A DNA stretch of 17,911 bases, from contig RHPI01001925.1 of the NCBI GenBank assembly GCA_009103225.1, positions 1-17,911 on the forward strand. Reading direction: 5' to 3'. Position numbers and translations under genes: made by a program. The notes under the pieces are model-generated. The model saw only the letters and a list, made by a program, of their open reading frames with translations. It searched no databases and was not told where the DNA came from. The stretch comes from Chlorokybus atmophyticus. Its lineage: Eukaryota > Plantae > Mesostigma and Chlorokybus algae. The first letter of the stretch is position 1. Every line of letters begins with the position of its first letter. This document shows, piece by piece, positions 8,591-17,911 of the stretch.

Positions 8591-10400
8591 TTGTCAACAG
8601 CTGGAGCTAATCCTTCTGCCCAAGCGGCAACAACAGCAGCGACAACAACAGCCGCCACACTAACTGCCACCACCGGAGCCTCCGCTCCACTAGCGGCCTC
8701 CGCCTTCGCCGTTGTCGCGCCCCACAACAGCTGCTGCCACACCAGCAGCCACAACCACCACCACCATTGCCGGCAGTGGAGGTTTCGCAGCTAGTATCAC
8801 AGCCACCACCGCTGTCCTCGCTACCGAATTCACTGCAGCGCAGCTATCAGCATTGACACAACCACTCAGCCGTCACCGGCTGTGGCCACTGCTTACAGCA
8901 GCATCGCTATCTTGTAGACACATATGGTAGGACCATCGACGTCCATCGCGGCTGCCACAGGAGCAGGGCCGTCCACATCCACATTAGCGGAAGCCGCAAC
9001 GATCGCCGCAGCAGACATTCCTCCGACGCTGTTCCCGCTTAGGCATCAGCCACTGCGTAAAGCAACGGGCATGCCAATCACACCTGCGCCCATTGGCGGT
9101 GACCAGTTCATGTGGCGCATCGATGAGGATGCCATCCTCTACAAAGTAAACGATGCCCCGCTTTAAAACCAAGAGTTGGGACACGACTTCTGCACCCTGC
9201 GTTGCGCATTACTAATAAGACCCTCACCATGTTCTGGAGTCTGTACAACCAACACCAGTTGGCTGCCTAGCATCCTCCGTTGCTGCCTCTTCCTGGCAAA
9301 AAACTATCCAACCTAGACCACTTCGACGACAACCTCGACCTTCACGTTGTTCATCTACTTCGGGCATTTGCTAATCGATCACTGGGTGACAATCTAGAGT
9401 TGACTACCTGCTCATGGCGTGAGCAGTGCCGGCGCTTCTTTGCGCGAGACAAGACTCGTCAATTTTAAGAGCAGCAAGAGCAAGTGGTTTGTTGCCCGGA
9501 GCAAGAACACTATGAGGATTTGCAGCGTGACATCGACGAAGCACCTGCAGGCGTCATCATCAATGACGCTCGTCCGCGCCGAGGCATACGACAGTGTTTG
9601 GCTAAACAGGCCACAGCATCCCACCGACGAGGATAGGGAGAATATTAGGCTCGCTCAAACGAGGGCGTCGAGCACATATTTTAGGGGGGAAATCGCTGCC
9701 CTCATTGCCGACATGACCAACAACTGGCCAGCAAGTCAGCGTCAACCAGGAAAAGGGTATCTGCAACAAGGAGCACAACGTCATCGCGCGGGTCAGCAAA
9801 CATACGGGGAGCAGCAGTTGCGCACACGCATGCTGCAAGAAGCCATTCAGGGAATGTTGCAACAGAAAGGTTCAGCATGCGCTACACTCAGAGGGATGCT
9901 GCGACTACAGCAAACCACAGGAGAACGGACTCGAGTACTCACATGGTTGATCAACAACCACCCTGCAATCCCATTGGTCGCATTCCCATCACGCATGCGC
10001 TTGATGAGTGCATTCATACCCTCTGTACGGCGAGCTTACAACCAAGTAGTGGACCAGTTGCGTCCATACGTCATCCATGACAAAGTCACCACAGAGGTCG
10101 CCCTTATGCACCTACCAAGCATTGCTGCAGCACTACAACGGCGCATCGCGCAGGCGCATGACAACCACCGCCGACAACAGAACTCGCTCGACACACTGAG
10201 GGGGCGGGCTATCACAATAATTGATGTAAGGATCACTGGAGGCAAGTGGGACACATAGCATCCTCGGGATACCCACCATTGGCGACGCATAGAGGAGGCA
10301 GTTGGTTTGGGCCGTCTGCCTCACGTCCATGCCTCCGGTGGAGGGGTTTGATAACAGGCGTTACCACCTCTTTGCCACTTGGGAGGGCACCCTCGAGCGC
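8591..10400 (+). pseudogene. Long fragmented ORF of unknown function (Ala/Thr-rich N-terminus; largest open piece 9419-10258, 279 aa)
   Basis: Consecutive same-strand open segments 8591-8794, 8712-8930, 8924-9166, 9280-9468 and 9419-10258, with protein-like composition. No protease, RT, RNase H, integrase or tyrosine recombinase motif recognised. Confidence 0.5.
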
Positions 10401-10472
10401 AAGGCCGCTCATGCATTCCACTGGACAAACAGAGAGGCAGTGGCAGCAAGTGAGTGTTAAGATTCTTCATGG

Positions 10473-11135
10473 TTGAAGCTCACCAAGGAACCCGTACATC
10501 TCCATGTCGATGTGGCTGCTACTTTCCTTGAGGGAGCTGCACTTGTGTGGTGGCATCATCGTTGTGCTCGTGTGGAAGCTGGTCTTGAGTTTCCATTTGT
10601 CACTATGGCTGAGCTAGCCGCTGATGTGAAGAAACCGTTTGTACCGGTGCAAAGCATGAAGATGGCACGCGATCATCTCTCTACACTTGTGCAAACGCAG
10701 TCCGTGATGGCCTATACCTCTGCGCTTCAGCGTCTTGCGCTCTCCATACCCAACATGACTGAGAAGGAGCAGCTGGAGCGCTACGCGTGCGGGTTGAAGA
10801 CTCTTTGTCGCAAGGAAGTTGAGCTTCGTGACGCCAAGTCTTTTGCGAAGGCCATTTGCATTGCCGAGCGCATGGACTGTGTTGTATTTTATGGGTACTG
10901 CCAAAAGCACTGATTGTGGGCGCTTCACTTTGTTACGGGGAGGTTCGTATTGCTCATACACACCTTTTGGAGCTGGATCGGGAGCTGAAACAGTTGCGAG
11001 GCTGGCTCGGATCCTACACCAATAGAGTTGGGTGTTCTCCATGCTTCAAATAAGGGTGTGAAGGGTCGAGAAGATGCCAAGGCAGTTTGGAAGTGTTGGG
11101 AGTGCTCTTCCGCTAAACACATGCGCTCCAACTGC
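10473..11135 (+). pseudogene. Chromovirus gag (retrotransposon gag domain + CCHC knuckle)
   Basis: ATFLEGAALVWW, LVQTQSVMAYTSALQRLA, ERYACGLK; CWECSSAKHMRSNC at 11094-11135 lies in a different frame. Confidence 0.9.
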
Positions 11136-11379
11136 CCCATCTTCAAGGCAAAGTCGGCTGCACATGCACGCAGCGCGCGCGGCGGTGGAGGAGGAGATGT
11201 TGCAGTTGGGAAATGGCTCACCTCAGTAGCTAAGGAGGCTGCTGCTAAGGTTGAGCTGGAGCCTCATTCTTATGTTATCAGTTCAGAGCCTTTCGTGGAT
11301 GCGTCGGTGACTGTTGGCGGCTTGTGCGCAGCGGCGACGCGGAACGGTGTTGTTTGTGTGCCCAACGAGGCGATGCAGC

Positions 11380-11720
11380 TGCTGACAGTCATGGCCATGA
11401 TTCGTGGTGGTGATGGGCCTTGGGTGGAGTGCAAACTGCTGGTTGATAGTGGCGCGAACAGCAACTTCATGAATCGGGAGGTTGCGCGTCGACACCAGTG
11501 GCTCTCGTTGGCGAATGCCGGCTCCATAACTCTTGCGGACGGCCATGCGCCAACCGGAGCTATACAGCTGAGCAAAGAGCTTGAAGTCCACGTGGGGATG
11601 ATGAAGGATAGCCTGCGGTTTTGCCCCATCGAGCTCGGCAACGGCTTTGATGGCATTTTTGGGCTACCTTGGCTTTGGACACATAACCCCGCCATTGATT
11701 GGAGAAAGCGCCTGATTGCT
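11380..11720 (+). pseudogene. Retropepsin-like aspartic protease domain
   Basis: LLVDSGANSNFM (DSG at 11445-11453) and FDGIFGLPWLWTHNPAIDW. Confidence 0.92.
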
Positions 11721-12099
11721 GCTCCGGAAGGTGGTGGTATGGCTATGACTTGCTCGGGTGCTTCCCATGGTAAGTGTTTGGCTCAAGGGCGTTGCAGCTG
11801 CGAGCAATGCACCGCATGCGGGATAGGTGCATGGCGTGAAGGCGTGCCAGCAAGATGCACAACAACATGCTTCTAGCTCGAGGGGGGAGGCTCCGGAGCT
11901 GGTGTCATAAGTTTCGAAGGCTGAGATGGAGCAGATCTGTCCGGGTCCGGGAACGATGTGAAGGATGCATGGTTGTGTATGGTGCGTAACACACCATAAA
12001 AGTCATATCCGTAGCTCGGCACTGGTGTGGAGGGTTTGGAAGACCCTGAGATGCAGAATTTGCTTGAGGAGTTCAAAGACATCATGGTGGACGGTTTCC

Positions 12100-13400
12100 G
12101 ATTTGGTTTGCTACCCACGCGCAGCGTTGATCATCATGTGGAGCTCGTTGAGGGCGTGCAGAAGCCGCCGTACAGATCGGTGTACATGTTGTCTCCGGCT
12201 GAGCTCGAGGAGGCGGAGAGACAAGTTGAGGACCTTCTGTAACGTGGATACATTACGCCTAGCAAGTCTCCTTATGGTGGACCTATCTTGTTTGTGCGCA
12301 AGTAGAGCCTTGCGCATGTGCGTTGCGATTACTTGCGCTCAACAACATCACGAAGAAGGAAGTCTTTCCTTTGCCTCGCATCCATGAGTTGTTAGAGCAG
12401 CTAGAAGGTGCTGAGTTCCTCACAAGCTTAGATCTAGCTGGCGGCTACCAGATCAGATCCGCGTAGCGCCCGAGGACATTGAAAAAACGGCATTCAACAC
12501 TCGCTATGGCCATTATGAGTGGTTGGTGATGTTGTTTGGGATGACCAATGCTCCGGCAACGTTTCAAACCTCGATGAACGGTCTCTTTGCTGATCTCATT
12601 GGCAAGGGTGTCCTCATATACCTCGGTGACATTACGTGTACGCGAAGAGCAAGAGAGGACACATGGCGTTGCTAGGTGAGGTGATGCAGCGTCTGCGTGC
12701 AAACCAGTCTTTCGTAGCTCAACGAGTGCCGTTTCTTGCTGCAAGAGGTAGAGTACCTCGGTCATCTTGTCGTCAAGCAACGGATCAAGGCGGACCCTTA
12801 CAAGATTGCAGCGGTGTGCGAATGGACTGCCCCGAAGAACGTAAAGGATGTCATGCCGTTTCTAGGGCTGGCTGTTATCGCAAGTTTGTGAGAGGCTTCT
12901 CGCACTTGACATCACCATTGACGGCATTATTGAAGAAGGGGGCCAGCCGGAGCTTGTCGGAGGCTGAATTAAAAGCTCTTTTTGACTTGAAAGCAACCGT
13001 CACATCAGTACCCGTGCTGGTGCATCCTAACATGCAATTGCCCTTCGTGGTGGCGTGTGACGCTTTTAAAAAGGCCGTTGGAGCTATGTTGGAGCAAGAT
13101 CCCGGCAGCGGCTTGCAGCCGTTGCAGTAAAAAGTTGAGTGGAGCCAAGCTCAACTACCCCGTTCATGAGAAGGAATTACTGGCGCAAGTGCTGGCGCTA
13201 AGGCAATGGCGTTAAGGGCAAGCGCTTCACACTTGAAACGGACCACTCGCCATTGAGTTTCCTTCAAGCGTAGCCTTATCTCTCGCGGCGGCAAGCTCGT
13301 TGGCTCGAGTTCTTTCAACTCTTCTACTTCGAAGTCAAGTACAAGCCCGGCTATTCGACCAAGGTTGCGGACGCGTCGAGTCGCTATCTCAATGCATTAT
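12100..13400 (+). pseudogene. Reverse transcriptase and RNase H, disrupted
   Basis: YMLSPAELEE, PSKSPYGGPILFV, EDIEKTAFNTRYGHYEWLVMLFGMTNAPATFQ; catalytic YLDD reads YLGD (12619-12630). RNase H motifs FVVACDAF..AVGAMLEQ, YPVHEKELLA and TDHSPL. Many frameshifts and stops. Confidence 0.93.
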
Positions 13401-13609
13401 TTTTTTTTATTTTTTTAAAAAACGGTTTTCAAGTGCAGCCCGAATGGTTGGACCAGATCCGTGCCTTGTTGCATGAGGACGCCATCGGTAAGAAGGCTAT
13501 TGAAGCGCTCGAGAACGGAACTGATTATGGCAGCCTTTGGGCATTGAAGGACGGGCTGCTATGGCACGGGGATCGCATGTACATACCCGACATTGCATAC
13601 ATGCGCGTG

Positions 13610-14570
13610 GGAGTGATGAAGGAAGCACACGACGCGCCAATGGCTGGTCACCAACGGCTTGAGCGGACGCTAGCCTTGTTGAAACACCGATATTTGGTTG
13701 GAGATGCATAATGATGTAAAGGACTATGTGACATTGTGCGACACTTGTCAAAGGGTGAAGGCGAGCAACCAGCGAGCCAGCGAGCTGCTCCAACCATTGC
13801 CAATACCTCTGGCAAAGTGGGAGCAAGTTACTCTCAACTTCATCACCGGGCTGTTACGGACACGGGAAGGACATGATGCTATCTTGGTGTTTGTGGACAA
13901 GACCAGCAAAATGGTGCGGTTGGTGCCATGTACGGAGACTTGCACGGCTCCCGAGGCTGCCAAGTTGTTTATCAAGCATGTGGTGCGCTCTCATGGCCTC
14001 CCGAGGAGCATTGTGAGTGATAGGGACCCGCGGTTCACGGGAAACTTTGGGAAGGCCCTCCATTCAGCTTTGGGCACAACCTTGAAGTTCAGCACCGCGT
14101 ACCACCCCGAGACGGACGGCCAAACGGAACGCACCAACCGTATGGTTGAGGACATGTTACGGTGCTATGTGAACGACCGACAAGACAATTGGGGAGACAT
14201 GCTGGAGCTGATCGAGTTCACCATCAACAACCACAAGAGTGCAAGCACGGGCGTAACAGCTTTTCTCTTGAACTATGGGCAACATCCATCAACGCCGGTA
14301 ACGGCATGGGCGCCTAGCATGCAATGTTTGGGTGTGGAGGCCGTGGATGGTTTTCTCGAGAGGTGTGCGGACATTAGCAAGGCAGCTCGTGAGGCTCTGA
14401 TTGTGGCACAGAACAGGCAAAAGCAATACGCCGATGCGCATTGCAAGCATGTTGTCTTGTTTGAGGGTGATCGTGTGATGCTTTCTGTAACGCATGTGCA
14501 GCTAGTCACGGGTGTGCGCAAGCTGAGAGAGCGATGGTCGGGGCTTTTTAAAGTGATTTTAATCATTTTG
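13610..14570 (+). pseudogene. Integrase (HHCC finger + catalytic core), disrupted
   Basis: EAHDAPMAGH...CDTCQR, WEQVTLNFITGL (first catalytic D reads N), IVSDRDPRFTG, AYHPETDGQTERTNR, WSGLFKV (GPF-like). Confidence 0.93.
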
Positions 14571-14703
14571 AAAGGTAGCCTACAAGCTAGAGCTGCCCAA
14601 TACTATGCGCGTGCACCCCACTTTTCATGTCTCGTTCCTTAGAGCTTACAAGGGGGAGCCGCCACCTCGTCTGCCTCCGATCCTAGTTTGTGAGGGCCAA
14701 GCT

Positions 14704-14844
14704 GAATGGAAGGTGGAGGCCATCATCTAGGACAAGCTGGTGGGAGGTGTGCGCAAGTACTTGGTAAAGTGGCATTGCTATTCGATGCACGAGGCGACGT
14801 ATGAACCCAAGGAGAGCTTCACCAATGCCAAACAGTTTTTGTAG
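14704..14844 (+). pseudogene. Chromodomain at the integrase C-terminus
   Basis: EWKVEAII*DKLVGGVRKYLVKWHCYSMHEATYEPKESFTNAKQFL*; Y-L-V-K-W and T-[WY]-E-P are chromodomain hallmarks. Confidence 0.88.
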
Positions 14845-14863
14845 GCCAAAGGGGGCACTCGTC

Positions 14864-14899
14864 AGCTTCGAGGACGAAGCTCCCCCATAGAGGAAGGGG
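14864..14899 (+). promoter_or_regulatory. Pre-PPT hairpin and polypurine tract of the chromovirus
   Basis: AGCTTCG-AGGA-CGAAGCT stem-loop at 14864-14881, then AGAGGAAGGGG at 14889-14899 abutting the LTR TG. Confidence 0.8.
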
Positions 14900-15307
14900 T
14901 GTAACAGCCTGGAGCATTTCCTGCATTTTATTGTACATAAAGCACTTGCTTTGCCTTTTGGGCTGGCGTAATAAAGGCTTTGGTAAAGATTTATTAGGCC
15001 CTTTTGCGTCGGCTCTGCTGCCGCGCGCGACTTCACCTGCGAACAGCTCAGCAGCAGCTGCCTGCGACGTGACAACTGCCGTGTTGGCGACGTGACTGCC
15101 GCGGCACTGCTATGATGTGACATCACACCTGACTAGATGCCGCGCTGTGCCGTGCCAGATGCCGCCGAACGGATAATGACGCGAGTGGCAGCAACATGCC
15201 CTTATAAAAGTCCTTTGAATTGAGTTTTATAGTGAGTTTATTGCTTGTTATTTAAGCTGCTATATCCTTGTGCTGGTATAAAAGGAAAGGAAACCCTTCT
15301 GTAATAC

Positions 15308-15917
15308 TGTTACGGTAGCCAGAGGGCTAGGGCGTAATACATAAGAATTGATATAGCCATAATTCCAACCATGGTCTTTTATGGCTAAGATGGCCGGACC
15401 CTCGTCGTAACAATTGGTATCGTGAGCTGACAACCTAAAGGTCGCAGGCTCGACTCCCAAGGGGGGGATAGAGCTGTGACTTTTTCGGTTGGCATAGATT
15501 CTGGGACCCGCGGCCTGGCAAGCCGCGGTTGGACCCGCGACCTTGGGAAAGTCGCGGTTGGAAGGAACGAGGGGGGACGGTGAGAAATGCGACGCGGTGC
15601 GCCAAGAACGTTCGCTGGATTGCGAACGAAGAACGTTTGCTGGATTGCGAACGAAGCACGACAACGCGGGCTGGGCAAGTCGCGTTGCGGCGCGCAAGGC
15701 GCCGGCCGAGAGAAGCGTTGGTCGTGACAGCTCGGTCGCCCGTCGGGCAGAGGGCTGTGAGAACCCTATAAGAATTAGCACGAGGGCGTGCTAAGGTTCT
15801 AATGGGGAGGTGTGTTACGGTAGCCAGAGGGCTAGGGCGTAATACATAAGAATTGATATAGCCATAACTCCAACCATGGTCTTTTACGGCTAAGATGGCC
15901 GGACCCTCGTCGTAACA
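15308..15917 (+). mobile_element. TRIM (terminal-repeat retrotransposon in miniature), 610 bp
   Basis: 105-bp LTRs at 15308-15412 and 15813-15917, 103/105 identical, TGTTAC...GTAACA ends. PBS-like TGGTATCGTGAGC at 15415-15427; PPT-like AATGGGGAGGTG at 15801-15812; flanks AATAC/AATAG (4/5 TSD). No coding capacity recognised. Confidence 0.92.
15399..15468 (+). ncRNA. Degenerate tRNA-like segment spanning the TRIM 5' LTR end, PBS and internal region (not a functional tRNA)
   Basis: GAGCTGACAACCTAAAGGTCGCAGGCTCGACTCC resembles anticodon loop, AGGTC variable loop and T-arm. B-box-like GGCTCGACTCC at 15447-15457; TTTTT at 15481-15485. Stems pair poorly. Confidence 0.5.
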
Positions 15918-16352
15918 AATAGCAACTTTTGCTTTTTGCTCTTTGCTGCGAGCATGCTGGTGTATGCTTGAGAGAGGCGTGATTTAAGGCATACTGCTGC
16001 GTTCTTGCTTGGCGTGGGAGGTAGTAGTGTTCATGTGCGCGTGTCTGCTCAACGCGTGCGTGCTCAACGCGTGCGTGCAAGGGAGAAGGCAAGGTTCCGG
16101 TGTGAAAATNCTCCAACCATGGTCTTTTACGGCTAAGATGGCCGGACCCTCGTCGTAACAAATAGCAACTTTTGCTTTTTGCTCTTTGCTGCGAGCATGC
16201 TGGTGTATGCTTGAGAGAGGCGTGATTTAAGGCATACTGCTGCGTTCTTGCTTGGCGTGGGAGGTAGTAGTGTTCATGTGCGCGTGTCTGCTCAACGCGT
16301 GCGTGCTCAACGCGTGCGTGCAAGGGAGAAGGCAAGGTTCCGGTGTGAAAAT
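15868..16352. other. 242-bp exact duplication around a single N: probable scaffolding overlap artefact
   Basis: 15868-16109 and 16111-16352 appear identical and are separated only by the N at 16110. Confidence 0.9.
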
Positions 16353-16419
16353 TGTGCTAAGCTGCACACATGTGTTGTATGATTTGTGTGCTGCGTATGT
16401 GAGCACGAGCATCGTTACA

Positions 16420-17810
16420 CCTGCCATCGCCGTCGCCGAACGCCGCCGCCGCCAGAAGAACTGGTGTCTGTATAAGCTTATACACTCTTAAGAGTCGCAA
16501 GCGCAACGGCTCGTTGTCGTGCTTGAGCTGCTTCCAACGCCGTTTGTTGCTCCGCCATCAGCCTGAATGCCAGCACTTGTACCTGGGATTGACGTGCTCG
16601 CTGCGCTGCTGCCAACTCGCGGTCAACCAGTGCAGGATTAACCGGTGTATGTTAATATGTCTGCCTCAGCTGTCAACTGCGATGCGGCCAGGGCCGTAAG
16701 GGTAGGGCCTGCCAGTGGAGCAGCTAGAGAAATGGGAGTGACAGGGGTTGATGCAGCAACAAGCACAACTCCGGTGCCAGCCAGAACTCCGTACCCTTCA
16801 ACTTCATAATGTGCAGCCACTCACCTCCACACCTCATGTGTCTCATGATCCAAGCACCGTGCAGCCATGCGAAAGGACATCCTATCTGACCAGTGGGGGG
16901 TCTTAATTTTATGATGGCACATCTTGGAGTCGGACTTGGTGATCCATTTGTCGGTGTTTTGCCCGGACGTCCGGAGAAGGTGAGATTTTGGTGGAGCATG
17001 TCGACTCCATATCGTCACTGTCGAGATGGTCGATGAAGTCTTCAAGTCGATGACGGGAAGTAGTATGTCTTAGATTGTGTGCTGGTGAGGGGTGGGGACT
17101 GTTGGTGTTGTTGTCGTTCTCTTCTGCACCGTATCTTCCGTAAGAAAGGTTTGAGCCCAACCTGTTGGAGAAGTCGCTAGCGTTCTCTTCCATAAGAGGG
17201 GAAGACGGTGATGACGATTGGTCTCTATGAAGCCCGAGACTCACTCATGCAAGTAGCACGGTGAGCGCAGGAGGATGCAAGGCAGAGTGTGTGCTCCACT
17301 GCAACTTCCCCAATGCTGCCACTCAACACACGAGTGCGTATAACTACCCTATGTGCTGACAGTGATAACACAACACCGATGCAACCAATGTCACTGCAAG
17401 TATGCAAGCAATACTAATGCACGACACTCGCTTGTGTAAGGAGGATGACACTGTAAGTTAACAAGCCACTACTAGAGGTAGTGCTGCTTATACAATTCCT
17501 TGCATGAGGTCAAGATAATTCCACTGTTAAGTGAGGTGTATGAATGGGGCAACATGTGGATACCACACTCCAATGCGGACCACACAACGTGCACCCATGC
17601 AACCACAATCACATGACAAGCAATGCACGTGTGTACACTGGACTTTTTCATGTGTAGATGTGTCTTGGCAACCGGGGCGGCGAGGTGATGCAGTTTAATG
17701 AAGCCACAACCTTTAGAGAGCAGGTTCAGATCAATACAAAGATTAACGTCCGTGCTTTCTCAATACTCAATTCCCAAGTTCTCACTTACAATGTCATCAA
17801 CGTACAGAGG
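16420..17810 (-). mobile_element. Family A retroelement, copy 2 (leader + 5' part of gag-like ORF), abutting the chromovirus LTR
   Basis: KWITKSDSKMCHHKIKTPHWSDRMSFRMAARCLDHETHEVWR aligns with copy 1 EWIIQFNSRMSYHAIKTPNWSDAMSFRMATPCVDHEAHAVYR; LVDRELAAAQRAR aligns with LVERELAEAQ*AR. Leader DNA is homologous to about 17810. Confidence 0.85.
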
Positions 17811-17897
17811 CGGATATGTGGCTGCGGGGAACGTACTGGGTGGGGCGGTGGCGGCAAGGAGGGGACGTCCTTGGCGGCGGAGGGGGTGACGGAAGAG

Positions 17898-17911
17898 GTG
17901 TGTGTGTGTGT
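17898..17911 (+). repeat. (GT)7 microsatellite running off the window edge
   Basis: Read directly from sequence. Confidence 0.8.

Larger units (their letters stand above)
6227..10400 (+). mobile_element. Family A retroelement, copy 1 (leader + gag-like ORF + unknown ORF; ends uncertain)
   Basis: About 6227-7575 is homologous to the reverse complement of about 16500-17810. It contains a gag-like frame with CCHC knuckles. No LTR, PBS or pol recognised. Confidence 0.65.
10400..16419 (+). mobile_element. Ty3/gypsy chromovirus LTR retrotransposon, 5'-truncated and inactivated
   Basis: Domain order gag-ZnK-PR-RT-RH-IN-chromodomain, then PPT and an LTR bounded by TGTAAC...GTTACA. No 5' LTR. Left boundary approximate. 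Confidence 0.95.
14900..16419 (+). repeat. Chromovirus 3' LTR (about 662 bp after removing the TRIM, its TSD and the gap duplication)
   Basis: Starts TGTAAC directly after the PPT and ends GTTACA (perfect 6-bp terminal inverted repeat). TATAAAA motifs near 15204 and 15278. Confidence 0.82.

Noticed and set aside
7400-14844. Non-standard genetic code (TAA/TAG = Gln), suggested by stops at positions where the paralogous copy has Gln
   Set aside because: The Gln-rich spliced transposase has no in-frame TAA/TAG over about 650 codons. The affected elements also carry frameshifts and TGA stops. C-to-T decay of CAA/CAG/CGA explains the pattern.
14855-14885. Hammerhead ribozyme on the minus strand (CTGACGA core)
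   Set aside because: No correctly placed GAAA or three-stem junction. The local structure is the pre-PPT hairpin.
15399-15468. Functional tRNA gene (apparent GAC anticodon)
   Set aside because: D, anticodon and T stems pair poorly, the T-loop reads CTCGA, and it lies inside a TRIM. Kept only as tRNA-like.
15260-16335. ORFs across the TRIM and LTR (173 aa, 167 aa and others)
   Set aside because: They run through LTR and structured non-coding DNA. GVEPATFRL is the antisense translation of the tRNA-like segment, and the 167-aa repeat comes from the gap duplication.
6227-17810. One giant DIRS-like or foldback element with inverted terminal repeats
   Set aside because: The inverted arms include gag coding sequence and are substantially diverged, with synonymous changes. 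No tyrosine recombinase is seen. Two independent copies are more parsimonious.

Overview
Chromosome end of a eukaryote. It has TTAGGG-type telomeres and short GT-AG introns; the taxon cannot be determined from sequence. I found no recognisable host gene: the window is a subtelomeric stack of mobile elements. From left to right: (CCCTAA)14; about 1.4 kb of subtelomeric DNA with a diverged direct repeat and a CCGG-rich, possibly hAT-type end; a complete 3,580-bp pogo/Fot-like DNA transposon (TA TSD, 24-bp TIRs, four-intron DD35D transposase with one late frameshift); a possible degenerate integrase remnant; a decayed retroelement ('family A') with a two-knuckle gag followed by a long unrecognised ORF instead of a visible pol; and a 5'-truncated, inactivated Ty3/gypsy chromovirus whose 3' LTR carries a young 610-bp TRIM. 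A second, opposite-strand family A copy closes the window. The most unusual items are the TRIM (tRNA-like segment overlapping its PBS, four internal stem-loops) and the family A architecture (orphan ORF, hyperconserved leader block, candidate uORF). The 242-bp duplication around the single N looks like an assembly artefact. All alignments and translations were done by eye.
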